Shown: positions 25,336 through 36,153, counted from the stretch's first letter. The stretch: DNA of 64,000 nucleotides from Thermodesulfovibrionales bacterium (GCA_041658585.1 JBAZZX010000005.1:17226-81225); one strand, 5' to 3'. A program made the numbers and translations. The notes: generated from the letters alone by a model not told the origin.

Positions 25336-25375
25336 CAGTTAATTATTTAACCATACCCCATAAAAAAGCAAATTT

Positions 25376-27808
25376 CTAAAAATATTCCGTGCTTCCTGCC
25401 CCGTATCCCTTCATCCGCTCCGCATATTCTTTGAGTCTTTTATCAACCAGATAGTTTACCGTATCTTCAGGATATGATCCGTCCGGCTGCCGTTCTCCTG
25501 CAACCGTTCCGGTCAGGACCGCTATCCCCTCGTCAATTGTTTTTACCGAATAGATATGGAACCGTCCCTCCTGTATTGCTTTGACTACATCCTCTCTCAG
25601 CATCAAATGTCTGACATTCAGGTGAGGGATCATAACACCCTGATCGCCGGTTAACCCTTTTGCCTTGCAAACGTCGAAGAATCCTTCAACCTTCTGGTTG
25701 ACGCCGCCTATCGGCTGCACCTCGCCCTTCTGGTTTACCGATCCGGTTACCGCGATATTTTGTTTGATGGGCAATTCTGAAAGGCTGGAAAGGACCGCGT
25801 AAAGTTCGGTTGATGAAGCGCTGTCCCCTTCCACGCCTGAATACGATTGTTCAAAGCATATGCTCGCGGAAAGGGATAACGGTTTATCCTGTGCATATTC
25901 AGATCCGAGAAATCCGGAGAGGATAAGCACTCCTTTATCATGGATCCTGCCGCTGAGCTGGGACTCTCTTTCAATGTTGATAATACCGCGCCTTCCAAGA
26001 AAGGTCTTTGCGGTAATACGGTTCGGTCTTCCAAAGCTGAATATCCCGAGGTCGAAGACGGCCAGCCCGTTTACCTGGCCGACCACTGCTCCGGTGACGT
26101 CAACCATCAGTGTCCCATCCTGTATCATTCGGAGCAGGTGTTCGGCAACCAGGTCAAGGCGGTGTATTTTTTCTATAATCGCCTTTTCAACATGCTCGCC
26201 TGTAATCCTCTCGCTTCCGGACGACCTGGCCCAGTAGTCCGCTTCAACAAGAAGGTCTTTCATGGGCCCGAACCTGGCGGAAAGCCTTTCCTGATCACTT
26301 GTTGTCCTCACGGCATGTTCTATGACCCTGGCAACTCCCGAGCGGTCAAAAGGCAGGAGCTTTTCATCATCGCAGCAATTGCGGATAAAGCAGGTGTATG
26401 ATTTTAAATTTTCAGTTGTACGCTCCATCTGGGAATCGAAATCAGCCTTCACCTTGAACATCTCCCAGAAATCCTCGTCATACTGCATCAGAAGCTGATA
26501 GATAGAATCATCCCCCATTACTATGATCTTGAAGTCCACGGGCATAGGCTGGGGCTTCATCCCCTGCGGCGCAAAGAAACCCATCTGTTCCCCCGGGTCT
26601 TCAACGCGGACCTCCTTTGTCCTTATGACCCTTTTCAATCCTTCCCATACGCCCGGATTGAGCAGGACGTCGCGCATATTGAGAATAATATAGCCGTAGT
26701 TTGCCAGTTGGACGGCGCCTGCCTTTATCATGGTATGGTCGCTGACATAGGTCCCCATAAAGGCCCTTCTTTCAATCCTGCCGAAGAGATTAAACCAGTT
26801 GGGGTTCGGCTCGATAATGATAGGAGGCCCGTTTATTTCATCGTTAGCAACAAAAACATTGATCTTATAGGCTATAAACATATCAACTTGCGGAGCATAC
26901 CCGCCCGGCGGTTGAGGCATTGCAGCCTGTATGAACAGCTCGAGTTTTGTCAGAGTATATTGCCGGGCCTCTTTCATGAAATTGGTTATCTCGGGGTATT
27001 GTTCATATTTTTTCTCCATATCCTCAAAAGGCCTGGCAACGGCGAATTCACCGGCCTTGAGGTCGATCTCCTTCATCTTCCCGGCGGTTTCCTTGTCGAG
27101 CTCCCGGAGATGGGTATAAGTATCATCGACTCTCCTCATCATCTCAATCCGTTTTGATTCTATCTTTTGTTTTTCCTCCTCGGGGAATGCAAGGAACTCC
27201 TCCCTTGGCAAGGGTTTGCCTTCCACCATAGGAACAACGGCGGCGCCCATAGAGGAGACCTGCACGATCAAACCCTTATCAGACGCCTCTTTGTCAAGGT
27301 CGTCAAGTGCTTGCTGATATCTCCTCTGACTTTCAGTGACGACATTCTGCTTTTGTTTATTGTACTCTTCACTGCTGAAGGTTTTCGGTATCTCTTCCTT
27401 TATTTTTTTCAGAAGCTCTTCCATATCATTGGCAAAGGACTTGCCAAACCCCTGAGGTAATTTCATGATGCGAGGCTGGTCGGGATACAGGAAGTTATAG
27501 ACATAGCACCAGTCATAGGTCTGATATTGAATACCCTTTGCATTTCTTTCTTCAATAAATCTTTCCAGACGCGACTTGACGGTTGACGCCTTGCCGGTGC
27601 CTGTAAGCCCTGTGAGAAAAAGGTTATAACCGGTCCTTTCCACTTCAAGTCCGAATTTTATGGACCCGAGGGCCCTTTCCTGTCCGATGAATTCCTTCAG
27701 CGGCTCAATGTCGGTTGTACATTCAAAAGGGAACAAGTCCTGTGAACATACCCAGCGAAGCTTCTCAAACGGCACTGCGTATGCATTTAAATCAACCGGA
27801 TCCTTCAT
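25376..27808 (-). CDS. Lon-related protease with AAA+ module and long inserted helical domain (LonC-like)
   Basis: Walker A GLTGTGKAS, ~200-aa charged insertion, C-terminal S16 domain with GDSASS serine and GGVNQKVEGFF lysine. Confidence 0.85.
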   Translation of the reverse strand: MKDPVDLNAYAVPFEKLRWVCSQDLFPFECTTDIEPLKEFIGQERALGSIKFGLEVERTGYNLFLTGLTGTGKASTVKSRLERFIEERNAKGIQYQTYDWCYVYNFLYPDQPRIMKLPQGFGKSFANDMEELLKKIKEEIPKTFSSEEYNKQKQNVVTESQRRYQQALDDLDKEASDKGLIVQVSSMGAAVVPMVEGKPLPREEFLAFPEEEKQKIESKRIEMMRRVDDTYTHLRELDKETAGKMKEIDLKAGEFAVARPFEDMEKKYEQYPEITNFMKEARQYTLTKLELFIQAAMPQPPGGYAPQVDMFIAYKINVFVANDEINGPPIIIEPNPNWFNLFGRIERRAFMGTYVSDHTMIKAGAVQLANYGYIILNMRDVLLNPGVWEGLKRVIRTKEVRVEDPGEQMGFFAPQGMKPQPMPVDFKIIVMGDDSIYQLLMQYDEDFWEMFKVKADFDSQMERTTENLKSYTCFIRNCCDDEKLLPFDRSGVARVIEHAVRTTSDQERLSARFGPMKDLLVEADYWARSSGSERITGEHVEKAIIEKIHRLDLVAEHLLRMIQDGTLMVDVTGAVVGQVNGLAVFDLGIFSFGRPNRITAKTFLGRRGIINIERESQLSGRIHDKGVLILSGFLGSEYAQDKPLSLSASICFEQSYSGVEGDSASSTELYAVLSSLSELPIKQNIAVTGSVNQKGEVQPIGGVNQKVEGFFDVCKAKGLTGDQGVMIPHLNVRHLMLREDVVKAIQEGRFHIYSVKTIDEGIAVLTGTVAGERQPDGSYPEDTVNYLVDKRLKEYAERMKGYGAGSTEYF

Positions 27809-27952
27809 ATAACCTCCCGTCCTTTTTGATGCTAATTATATCACGGATTGTTTCCGCCTGCGATTATTGTATAAGAAACGGACTTCTGATAGTATATAAC
27901 CGTAATTACAACTTGAGATAAAAATCGGCATTATTACCCTGACCTCAATAAA

Positions 27953-29200
27953 ATGAACACAACAAAGAAACAGGGTCCACAAAATAAACGCCTGGAAGAA
28001 AAGCTGGTCCATAGCCTTGAAGCCTTACAGGCGGTTTACAATATCGCCACAACGCTGCGCGGTTCTTATGAGTCTCTCTGCGACGAGGTTGTGCTCAATC
28101 TTGCAAAATTTCTCAGGGTCGCCTCGGTTTCCATACAGCAAATAGAAGATGAGCAGGTGAGGGTTATTTCGAGAGTTACCGGGGGGGGCCTTTTTCACGA
28201 TGAAACCTTTTCATTCAAAGATTCGTCATGTTTAATCGAGCCCGGCAGGAAAAAACCCTATCAAATAAAAACCCCCGAACGACCGGCCCATACCGATTTA
28301 TCGTTTCCCTATTCCGGCTTTAAAAGCCGGGTTGCAGCTCCTGTCATCAATTCCGCAGGTCATATAGGCGGATTTATATGCGCTATGGACTACAAAGACC
28401 GGACCTTCAGTGAAGATGAACTCCGTCTGCTGGAAATATTTGCAAAGCATATCTCTTATGAATTAGAGCGGATTGCTATGGAAAAACAACTCAGGCATCT
28501 TGACAAGATGACCCTTTTAGGGCAATTGGCTGCTGGGGTTGCACATGAAGTCAGGAACCCTTTAAATGCCATACTGGCGGTAGCGGAAGCCCTTTTTCAG
28601 GATATTAAGGATATAGGCGATAATCCCGATTATTATAAGCCTTTTCTCGATCATATCCGGACCCAGGTTGACCGGCTTTCTAACCTTATGGGAGACCTGC
28701 TTGATCTCGGAAAACCGATCCTGCCGTCAGGTTTTCTGAAGGAGCATTTACCTGAAATATGCGCGGCTACCATAGACCTCTGGAAACAGACCGCGCTTTC
28801 ACATAACTATAAGGTCCTCTTTGTTGCGCCTGCCGAAGAAAATAACCTCTATGTCAAAGCCGACAACTCAAGACTGCAGCAGGTCTTCCTTAATGTCCTT
28901 GAGAATGCCTGTCATCACAGCCCCGGGGGAAGCGAGATTCAGCTTGTTATTCAAAGTCCGAAAGGGGCCACATTGAGGGTACAGATTATCGATCCCGGTA
29001 CCGGCGTGCCGCCTGAAAACTTATCCAGGGTTTTTGAACCCTTTTTTACTTCCCGGAAAAAAGGCACCGGCTTGGGTTTGAGCTTGGTAAAACATATTGT
29101 CCAGGCCCATGGCGGAGATGTGTCCATCTGGAACAATAATCCGTCTCCCGGCTGTACCGTTGAAATAACTTTACCCGTTTTTCAAGAGGAAACCGTATGA
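27953..29200 (+). CDS. GAF-domain sensor histidine kinase
   Basis: H-box AAGVAHEVRNPLNAI. N/G boxes NVLENACHHS, DPGTGVPPE, GTGLGLS. Confidence 0.85.
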   Translation: MNTTKKQGPQNKRLEEKLVHSLEALQAVYNIATTLRGSYESLCDEVVLNLAKFLRVASVSIQQIEDEQVRVISRVTGGGLFHDETFSFKDSSCLIEPGRKKPYQIKTPERPAHTDLSFPYSGFKSRVAAPVINSAGHIGGFICAMDYKDRTFSEDELRLLEIFAKHISYELERIAMEKQLRHLDKMTLLGQLAAGVAHEVRNPLNAILAVAEALFQDIKDIGDNPDYYKPFLDHIRTQVDRLSNLMGDLLDLGKPILPSGFLKEHLPEICAATIDLWKQTALSHNYKVLFVAPAEENNLYVKADNSRLQQVFLNVLENACHHSPGGSEIQLVIQSPKGATLRVQIIDPGTGVPPENLSRVFEPFFTSRKKGTGLGLSLVKHIVQAHGGDVSIWNNNPSPGCTVEITLPVFQEETV

Positions 29201-30534
29201 ATTCTAAAATCCTTTTAATCGATGATGAAGAGTCTGCAAGGTTCGGGTTTTCAAGGTATCTTTCAAAAATAGGATATATCGTTCGGGAAGCATCCTGTCT
29301 CTATGAAGCAAAAGAAGCCCTCCAGTCTCAGAGATTCGACGCCGTTTTGCTGGACCTTAACCTGCCGGACGGGAGCGGTCTGGACTGGATCATAGAAGTC
29401 AGGGAAAGCTATCCGGATATACCGATAATCATCATAACAGGATTCGGCGACGTTCCGATCGCGGTCGAGGCAATGCGAAGAGGAGCGGACAACTTTCTTA
29501 CCAAACCCGTCAACATGGCGGACCTTGAGGTTTTCCTGAGGAAAAGCCTTGAGATCGGGACCCTTCGCAGAAAGAATCTTATAGATAAGAGATTAGCCAA
29601 AAAAGACAGGATATTTTTTGGCGTAAGCCCTGCCATGCAAAAAATACTTGACCTCGCAACAATCGCATCAGGGAACGATTCCTCCCTTGTGATTTCCGGC
29701 GAGACCGGCTCGGGGAAGGGGGTTCTGGCAAAATGGCTCCACGAGAAAAGTTCGCGCAGCGCCATGTCTTTTGTGGAAGTTAATTGCTCGAACCTCAGGG
29801 GCGATCTGCTTGTAAGCGAACTCTTCGGTCATTCAAAAGGGGCTTTTACCTCGGCTGTTCAGGAAAAACAGGGTCTGATCGAAGCGGCTGACGGCGGCAC
29901 CCTTTTTCTTGATGAAATCGGCGATATGGATATCGGGGTGCAGGCGCAATTCCTCAAGGTTATCGAAGAAAAACAGTTCCGGCGACTCGGTGAAGTCAAG
30001 ACGCGGAAAAGCGACTTCCGCCTTATAAGCGCCTCAAACCGGGACCTTCTCGATGAGACACGGAAAGGGACTTTCCGGAAGGACCTGTACTTCCGCATAA
30101 ACGTACTGCCCATCATTATCCCGCCTCTGAGGGAAAGGCCCGAAGATATACCAGGCATGGTCCGTCACGTCCTCGAAAACATGGGGTTTCCGGCTGTTGA
30201 AATAATCCCTGAAGTAATGGAATTGCTCAAGGAATACTCATGGCCCGGCAATATCCGGGAACTCAGAAATGTCCTGGAACGCGCCCTTCTTCTTTCACAC
30301 GGTCAGCCTTTAACTATTGATCATTTTTATGGTTTAGACCCCGCATATAATTTAGACATCCCGGCGGTGATTGCTCCCGGCAAGTACTCCGAGATCGAAG
30401 AGTCCCATATCAGGACCGTGCTTAAACGTTTTCAGGGTAATACCATAAAGGCTTCAAAAGCTCTTGGCATGTCGAGGGCCACTCTATACCGCAAACTAAA
30501 GAAGTTCAGAATAACACCGGAAGATAATTCCTAA
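29197..30534 (+). CDS. sigma-54-dependent response regulator (NtrC family)
   Basis: Receiver domain (DAVLLDLNLPDG), AAA+ module with GETGSGKG and GAFTSA (a GAFTGA variant), C-terminal Fis-type HTH ASKALGMSRATLYRKLKKF. 4-nt overlap with the kinase gene. Confidence 0.9.
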   Translation: MNSKILLIDDEESARFGFSRYLSKIGYIVREASCLYEAKEALQSQRFDAVLLDLNLPDGSGLDWIIEVRESYPDIPIIIITGFGDVPIAVEAMRRGADNFLTKPVNMADLEVFLRKSLEIGTLRRKNLIDKRLAKKDRIFFGVSPAMQKILDLATIASGNDSSLVISGETGSGKGVLAKWLHEKSSRSAMSFVEVNCSNLRGDLLVSELFGHSKGAFTSAVQEKQGLIEAADGGTLFLDEIGDMDIGVQAQFLKVIEEKQFRRLGEVKTRKSDFRLISASNRDLLDETRKGTFRKDLYFRINVLPIIIPPLRERPEDIPGMVRHVLENMGFPAVEIIPEVMELLKEYSWPGNIRELRNVLERALLLSHGQPLTIDHFYGLDPAYNLDIPAVIAPGKYSEIEESHIRTVLKRFQGNTIKASKALGMSRATLYRKLKKFRITPEDNS

Positions 30535-30552
30535 TCACCCCTTGCCCCTCTT

Positions 30553-30600
30553 CATTCTCACCATTCTCATATTTGAGAATGGATTTGCAAAAATGAGAAT
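30553..30600. promoter_or_regulatory. nested inverted repeats CATTCTCA / TGAGAAT(G) - candidate enhancer (UAS) for the adjacent activator
   Basis: tCATTCTCA cCATTCTCA tatt TGAGAATGg atttgcaaaaa TGAGAAT. The inner 9-bp arms are perfect. Lies 65-110 nt upstream of a -24/-12 element. Confidence 0.5.
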
Positions 30601-30663
30601 CTTCTCTTAGATCGATAATTTTGCAACCTGTTGTTTTAACTGCAATTTTATTTTTTTCAGTTC

Positions 30664-30679
30664 TGGCATCGGTTTTGCT
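30664..30679 (+). promoter_or_regulatory. sigma-54 (-24/-12) promoter
   Basis: TGGCATcggttTTGCT has GG-N10-GC spacing and matches TGGCAC-N5-TTGCW at 10/11 defined positions. Lies about 85 nt upstream of the receiver gene. Confidence 0.6.
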
Positions 30680-30763
30680 CTATATCTGAATGTAATCAAT
30701 AATTATTAAACGGCCCAAGGGTAGTTACGTAATAATACCCTGATGAAAAGGAGTAGAGGGACC

Positions 30764-31144
30764 ATGCAAAAACATGTACTTGTAGTGGACGACGAAACAA
30801 CGATTCTGCTTGCCTTTAAGAAACTCCTTCAGACGCCCGGGGTGTATGTTGATACGGCGGAGAGCATGGAGGACGTAAAAATATTACTGGCGGATAAATA
30901 CTATGACGCTGTTATTGCCGACCTCCGTCTTTCCGGAGTTTCCGGTGAAGAAGGCTTGGAAGTAATCCGTTTTGTAAAGGAGCTCAACCCCGAAACAAAG
31001 TGCATCCTGATAACCGCTTTTGGAAATCAGGAGGTTATGAGCCGGGCATACGATCTGGGTGCGGCTTTTTATTTCGAGAAGCCTGTTTCAACCAATGTTA
31101 TTAATGTTATTAAAGATGCATTAAAAAATCTGGGGGTTTCATGA
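30764..31144 (+). CDS. single-domain response regulator (CheY-like)
   Basis: VLVVDDE...DAVIADLRL...ILITAFG...K receiver signature. Start placed at the ATG behind AGGAG. Confidence 0.85.
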   Translation: MQKHVLVVDDETTILLAFKKLLQTPGVYVDTAESMEDVKILLADKYYDAVIADLRLSGVSGEEGLEVIRFVKELNPETKCILITAFGNQEVMSRAYDLGAAFYFEKPVSTNVINVIKDALKNLGVS

Positions 31145-31590
31145 AAAACATTATGAACATCGATAACAGCATCAAAAAAGTCCTTATCATTGATGATTCC
31201 GAGCTGCTTCACAGAATGTACGACCTCATCTTTCTGCGATGCAGGAACAACGGGATACAGATACTTCATTCCTATCACGGGCAGGAGGGGTTAAGCGAGC
31301 TGAAACGTCATCCGGATACGGACCTTATCATACTTGATATACATATGCCGGTCATGAACGGTCTCGAGTTCCTTAACCATTGCAGAAAAGAAGGTGTTTT
31401 TCAGCATATTCCGGTAATAGTGACCGGCACCCAGGGCAAGGAAGAAGATACCATGAACGGACTGAAAGCCGGCGCAAAAGCCTATCTGACCAAGCCCTTT
31501 GAGACCGCAAATCTCTATAAAGTCATAGGCAAGCTTTTTGACGGCGCAATGTATACACAAAAGGGTGCGATGGAGTGTTCACTGAAATAA
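31141..31590 (+). CDS. single-domain response regulator (CheY-like)
   Basis: VLIIDDSE...DLIILDIHMPVMNG...AYLTKPF receiver signature. 4-nt overlap with the previous gene. Confidence 0.85.
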   Translation: MKNIMNIDNSIKKVLIIDDSELLHRMYDLIFLRCRNNGIQILHSYHGQEGLSELKRHPDTDLIILDIHMPVMNGLEFLNHCRKEGVFQHIPVIVTGTQGKEEDTMNGLKAGAKAYLTKPFETANLYKVIGKLFDGAMYTQKGAMECSLK

Positions 31591-31746
31591 TAAACGGTAT
31601 CCGTAAAACAAAAGGGACATAAAATGCTATCGGGAACCTTAACGGAACAAAATACACTTGATATTCATATCCGCAACAGTCTATGGATATGCAAATAAAA
31701 CGGAACGAATGCCTGTAAATATAGGCGTAAAAACAAGGAGAGTGCC

Positions 31747-32124
31747 ATGATACAAACCGTAAAAAAAGAAATTGAAGGAATGGATTTTGAAGTCTACCGG
31801 TTTGTGTTCGAGACTTCCATAGAGATATTTGAAGAGATATTCGAGACTTCAAAGAGGTTCCCGAAGGAAAAGTTATTTCTTACCGATCAGGTCCGCCGGC
31901 ATTCCAAACTGGTCTGCATCAACCTGGCGGAAGCCTGGCGGATGAAGCAGCAGAATAACGTCTTCCTGGATAAACTTTCTGATGCGGCACAGGCGGCATC
32001 CAGGGCGCAGACCTGCCTGAAATTCGCCCTGAAATGCAAATTTATCGGCAACGATACCTATAAAAAACTTGATTCGAAATATGAAGACATCTTTGAAATG
32101 CTTTGTGACGGGACAAGAATTTAG
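31747..32124 (+). CDS. four-helix-bundle protein (23S rRNA intervening-sequence protein / Avd-like family)
   Basis: FPKEKLFLTDQVRRHSKLVCINLAEAW...AASRAQTCLKFAL pattern of PF05635-type proteins (by recollection). Confidence 0.7.
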   Translation: MIQTVKKEIEGMDFEVYRFVFETSIEIFEEIFETSKRFPKEKLFLTDQVRRHSKLVCINLAEAWRMKQQNNVFLDKLSDAAQAASRAQTCLKFALKCKFIGNDTYKKLDSKYEDIFEMLCDGTRI

Positions 32125-32136
32125 AAGTGAATGCCG

Positions 32137-33015
32137 TTACGCGCCGGGCAGGGTTTTATTTATTTTGCGCTCATACATTGATCTGTCGGCCGCTGCCAAC
32201 AAATCGTCGATAGTACATGGCCGTTCCGGATCATAAAACGATATACCTGCGCTGATTGATAATAAGTACCCCCTGTTGTTCCCGGCATTGTATGTTTCAA
32301 GCGCTTTTTGCAGGCGCCCGAGGATTTTATCCACGCAGTCTGTTGAGGTCCCTACAGGAAAAACTACAAACTCATCCCCTCCGATACGGGCAATGATGTC
32401 GGACTGGCGAAAATTATTTCTGAGGATATCGGCTGTCTCGATAAGCGCCCTGTCGCCTTCCTGATGCCCCAGAGTGTCGTTTATTATTTTTAAATTATCC
32501 AGGTCGGCATAGAGCATAAACAAGCCGGTTTTGCTCCTCTTTGCCATATTAAACTGATACTCCACAAGGGCAAAAAACCCCCGTCTGTTATAGATGCCCG
32601 TCAGTTCATCCCGGAGCGTTAGATTGCGTATTTCCTGCTGCATCTTAACATGCTTGATCCTTGCGATAAGCTCTTTTTCCGTAAAGGGTTTTTTGATAAA
32701 ATCCGACGCTCCGGCTTCTATCGCCTTGTCAAAGGAAAAATTATCCACAAAACCGGTTGTGATAATGACGGACATATTGGGTCTGACATCCTTCGCTTTA
32801 CCGGTCAATTCCAGACCGTTCATCCCGGGCATGACTATGTCGGTTATCATAATATCAAAAGGGGCGCTCTTAACACGTTCAAGGGCTGCCTGAGAACTTA
32901 TGGCTGTTTCGCACTCATACCCTTCCATTTCCAGCACTATCTTCATGAATTTCAGTATGACGGCGTCGTCATCTACAATAAGTATCGAATCTTTCTTATC
33001 CAAACTCTGATCCAT
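32137..33015 (-). CDS. response regulator-diguanylate cyclase (REC-GGDEF)
   Basis: Receiver domain (ILIVDDD..DIMITDIVMPGMNG) plus a GGDEF domain (RIGGDEFVVF). Confidence 0.9.
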   Translation of the reverse strand: MDQSLDKKDSILIVDDDAVILKFMKIVLEMEGYECETAISSQAALERVKSAPFDIMITDIVMPGMNGLELTGKAKDVRPNMSVIITTGFVDNFSFDKAIEAGASDFIKKPFTEKELIARIKHVKMQQEIRNLTLRDELTGIYNRRGFFALVEYQFNMAKRSKTGLFMLYADLDNLKIINDTLGHQEGDRALIETADILRNNFRQSDIIARIGGDEFVVFPVGTSTDCVDKILGRLQKALETYNAGNNRGYLLSISAGISFYDPERPCTIDDLLAAADRSMYERKINKTLPGA

Positions 33016-33019
33016 ATCG

Positions 33020-34723
33020 CTATTTTTCTAAAATTTCCCTTACCTTTGTCAAAAGCTTAACCGACGAGACGGGTTTTGAGATTACGTCAAAACCGTCCTC
33101 CACTATTTTTTGCTGGTGAACTATATCAGAGGTGTATCCGCTGATATAGAGCACCTTAACCTGCAGTTTCAATTCACGTATGTTTTCGAAGACCTCTTTC
33201 CCGTTCTTTTTCGGCATCATTATATCGAGGATGAGCATCTTAATCGAGTCTTTATGTTCGACAAATGCCTTCAGCGCTTCCTCGCCGTCTCCGGCTTCGA
33301 TAACGGTATAGCCGACTCCTTCAAGCAACACTCTGATAAACTTCCTTACCGAGAAATCATCTTCTGCCAGAAGAATCGTTTCTTTTCCGCCTGTTAAGGT
33401 TAACGGCTCCGATTCTTTTTTCTCCCCGGTTTTTTTCCTCATCAAGGGGAGATATATCCTGAATGTAGTTCCGTTTCCGGCTTCGCTGTATACATTAACA
33501 TATCCGTTATGCTGCTTCACTATTCCGTAGACCATTGCAAGACCAAGGCCCGTGCCTTTGCCGACTTCTTTGGTGGTAAAAAAGGGCTCGAATATCTTTT
33601 CTTTTGTCTTCTCATCCATGCCGGACCCCGTGTCTGAAAACGTAATCAAGGCATATTCTCCTGCACGCCCATAGCCATAGGTTTTTATGAATCTGTCATC
33701 TATATATGCGAGTTCCGTGCTTATGAATAGACTGCCCCCCTCCGGCATAGCATCCCGCGAGTTTGTAGCAAGGTTCATAAGGACCTGCTCAATCTGTGTG
33801 CCGTCCGCAATAACAGCCAGTTTACGATCCGTAAATTGAACGGAAAGTTCTATATCGTCACCGATAAGCCTTGACAGTATATTTTCAATCTTTTTTACGA
33901 TTTCATTCAGATTTATCAGCCTCGGACTGATCATCTGTCTTCTGCTGAAGGCTAAAAGATCCTGGATGAGTTTTGCGGCTCTATCTGCCGAATCCAGTAT
34001 ATGGTTCAAATAAGTCATGAGAGCGCCGTCCGGCATCTGAGCTTTCAAAAGATTCCCATATCCGATTATTGCGGTAAGAATATTATTGAAATCATGGGCA
34101 ATGCCGCCTGCAAGCTGACCGACAGCCTCCATCTTCTGCGCCTGAAAAAGCTGCTGCTCGAGGCGCTTCCATTCCGTAACGTCCTTTATGATCCCCCGAT
34201 AGGTTGCGAGCTTTCCCGTCTCATCGCGGTCGATTATAGCTGTCATAAGCACGGTCACATGCACGCCGTTCTTTTTCTTCATCACCACTTCATAGTCTTT
34301 TATAAAGCCCTGCTCTTCGAGCGCCCGCATACAGAATTGCCTCTCCTGGAAATTCACAAAGAGGTCCCTTTCAATGCTAATGTCCAGCATTTCGGCCTTC
34401 GAGTCATAGCCGAACAACTCGACGCCCGCAAGGTTTATATCAAGTAATTTACCGTCAGGTTTGCCGATGTAGAGCACATCTTTTGATTCCTCAAACAATG
34501 TCCGGTATTTCCGCTCGGAATCTTTTAGAGCGTTGATTATCGCGGAGATGCTCTGAGGCAATTCGCCGATAGTACCGCCTGCTTTTATGCTTTGTCTTTT
34601 GTTGTCGTTATGGATACTCTCTGTTGCTGAAACTTCCCGGCTTTTCTTTAACGCGCCTATCTCTTTGCGCAATTCGCCGATTTCCTCTATCAGCCTGGCC
34701 TTTGTTTTATGTTTGTCGTTCAT
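33020..34723 (-). CDS. hybrid sensor histidine kinase (coiled coil-PAS-HisKA-HATPase-REC)
   Basis: H-box [12 protein letters not shown]-boxes DTGSGMD and [10 protein letters not shown]-terminal receiver ILLAEDD...[13 protein letters not shown]. Confidence 0.9.
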   Translation of the reverse strand: MNDKHKTKARLIEEIGELRKEIGALKKSREVSATESIHNDNKRQSIKAGGTIGELPQSISAIINALKDSERKYRTLFEESKDVLYIGKPDGKLLDINLAGVELFGYDSKAEMLDISIERDLFVNFQERQFCMRALEEQGFIKDYEVVMKKKNGVHVTVLMTAIIDRDETGKLATYRGIIKDVTEWKRLEQQLFQAQKMEAVGQLAGGIAHDFNNILTAIIGYGNLLKAQMPDGALMTYLNHILDSADRAAKLIQDLLAFSRRQMISPRLINLNEIVKKIENILSRLIGDDIELSVQFTDRKLAVIADGTQIEQVLMNLATNSRDAMPEGGSLFISTELAYIDDRFIKTYGYGRAGEYALITFSDTGSGMDEKTKEKIFEPFFTTKEVGKGTGLGLAMVYGIVKQHNGYVNVYSEAGNGTTFRIYLPLMRKKTGEKKESEPLTLTGGKETILLAEDDFSVRKFIRVLLEGVGYTVIEAGDGEEALKAFVEHKDSIKMLILDIMMPKKNGKEVFENIRELKLQVKVLYISGYTSDIVHQQKIVEDGFDVISKPVSSVKLLTKVREILEK

Positions 34724-34834
34724 CGTAGTTTATTATACTGAAAATACGGGGTCCCTCTTTTCAGGGTTTCAAAATAATATTTTTACATCTTTTAACGTCA
34801 TAATTATAACAATTTATGGCCTATTTGTGGCGGG

Positions 34835-36145
34835 TTAAAACTGAGGTCTCTTCCTCTCGGGTTGGCGGCGACCGGTCTTCTCAGGTCCTCGGGAGGAGCT
34901 GCCCGTTCGAGAGGGTTTACCTTCACGGCGCACTCCCCGATACTCTCTTCTCTGCAGCTGGACGCCTTTCTTAGCAGCAATTCCCGGCGCCCTGCGATAA
35001 CCGGTGACGATCATATCCTCTGTCAGAGGCATAACAGGCAACTTCTGCCTGATGAATTCCTCGATGTCCTGAAGGGAGTGCACATATTCCTCACAAGCAA
35101 GGCTTATCGCCTTGCCGCCTGCGCCGGCCCGTGCAGTCCTGCCGATCCGGTGCACATAGTCTTCCGGATCCTGGGGAAGGTCGAAGTTGATCACATGCGT
35201 CACCCCGTCTATGTGGAGTCCGCGGCTTGCAACATCCGTGGCCACAAGGATTGGCAGAGTACCGCCCTTGAATTTGGATAGCACCTTTAGCCGTTTATCC
35301 TGGGGAAGGTCGCCTGTTATGGAAGAAGTTGCGAAACCATTGGCTTTCAGAATAAGTTCAAGCCGCTCTGCTACGGCCTTTGTGTTGCAGAAGACAAGAT
35401 AGCGGCCCTCGGGCTCGCGTCCGAGAATACCGAGAAGAAGGCCGAATTTTTCGGATGTGCCGACATGATAGATTTCCTGCTTTACCAGCTCAACTGTGAC
35501 ATTATCCGGGGTCACCGAGAACTTCTCCGGCATATTCATGTGTTCATAGCATAGTTCAAGCACGCGGTTGGACAGGGTTGCGGAAAAAAGCATGGACTGC
35601 CGCTTGTCGTAGGGAGACATCCTCCTGAGCAAAAACCGGAGGTCGCTGATAAAACCCATGTCGAACAGGCGGTCCGCCTCGTCAATCACAAGGAACTGGG
35701 TCTTTCTAAGGCTATATACCTTCTGCTTCAGATAGTCAATAAGCCGTCCGGGCGTGCCTATCAGCACGTCAACGCCCTTTGAAATATCTTCGCGCTGCTT
35801 TAGATAGTCGATGCCGCCGAATACGGGCAATATTCTGAACCCCGCGGGACCGCCTATTAGTTTTGCCTCGGCGTCAATCTGGACCGCAAGTTCCCGCGTC
35901 GGCGCGATAATAAGCGCCCTGGGCGACGAGCCCCGTCCCGCAAAAGGCAACTCAAGCATTCGGGAGAATACGGCAATAAGAAAGGCCGCGGTCTTGCCGG
36001 TGCCTGTCTGGGCCTGGGCTGCAATGTCTTTGCCCTGCAATGCCACCGGCAGAGTCAGGGCTTGCACCGGTGTGCACTCGGTAAACCCGGCGGTCTTGAT
36101 TCCCTCAAGCACCTGCGGGGCGATATTCAGTTCTTCAAATCTCAC
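34835..36145 (-). CDS. DEAD-box ATP-dependent RNA helicase
   Basis: Q motif, AQTGTGKT, VIDEADRLFDMGF, SAT, HRIGRTARAG, and a basic C-terminal tail. Confidence 0.9.
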   Translation of the reverse strand: MRFEELNIAPQVLEGIKTAGFTECTPVQALTLPVALQGKDIAAQAQTGTGKTAAFLIAVFSRMLELPFAGRGSSPRALIIAPTRELAVQIDAEAKLIGGPAGFRILPVFGGIDYLKQREDISKGVDVLIGTPGRLIDYLKQKVYSLRKTQFLVIDEADRLFDMGFISDLRFLLRRMSPYDKRQSMLFSATLSNRVLELCYEHMNMPEKFSVTPDNVTVELVKQEIYHVGTSEKFGLLLGILGREPEGRYLVFCNTKAVAERLELILKANGFATSSITGDLPQDKRLKVLSKFKGGTLPILVATDVASRGLHIDGVTHVINFDLPQDPEDYVHRIGRTARAGAGGKAISLACEEYVHSLQDIEEFIRQKLPVMPLTEDMIVTGYRRAPGIAAKKGVQLQRREYRGVRREGKPSRTGSSSRGPEKTGRRQPERKRPQF

Positions 36146-36153
36146 TTCTTTTA

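Noticed and set aside
25376-27808. Lon-like protease as BrxL of a BREX defence system
   Set aside because: No PglX/PglZ/BrxA-C-type genes are nearby. The neighbours are a radical SAM housekeeping-type gene and a two-component system. The architecture fits a stand-alone LonC-like protease.
31747-32124. Avd-like four-helix-bundle protein as a marker of a diversity-generating retroelement
   Set aside because: No reverse transcriptase gene and no template/variable repeat pair are visible within several kb. Members of this family also occur alone.
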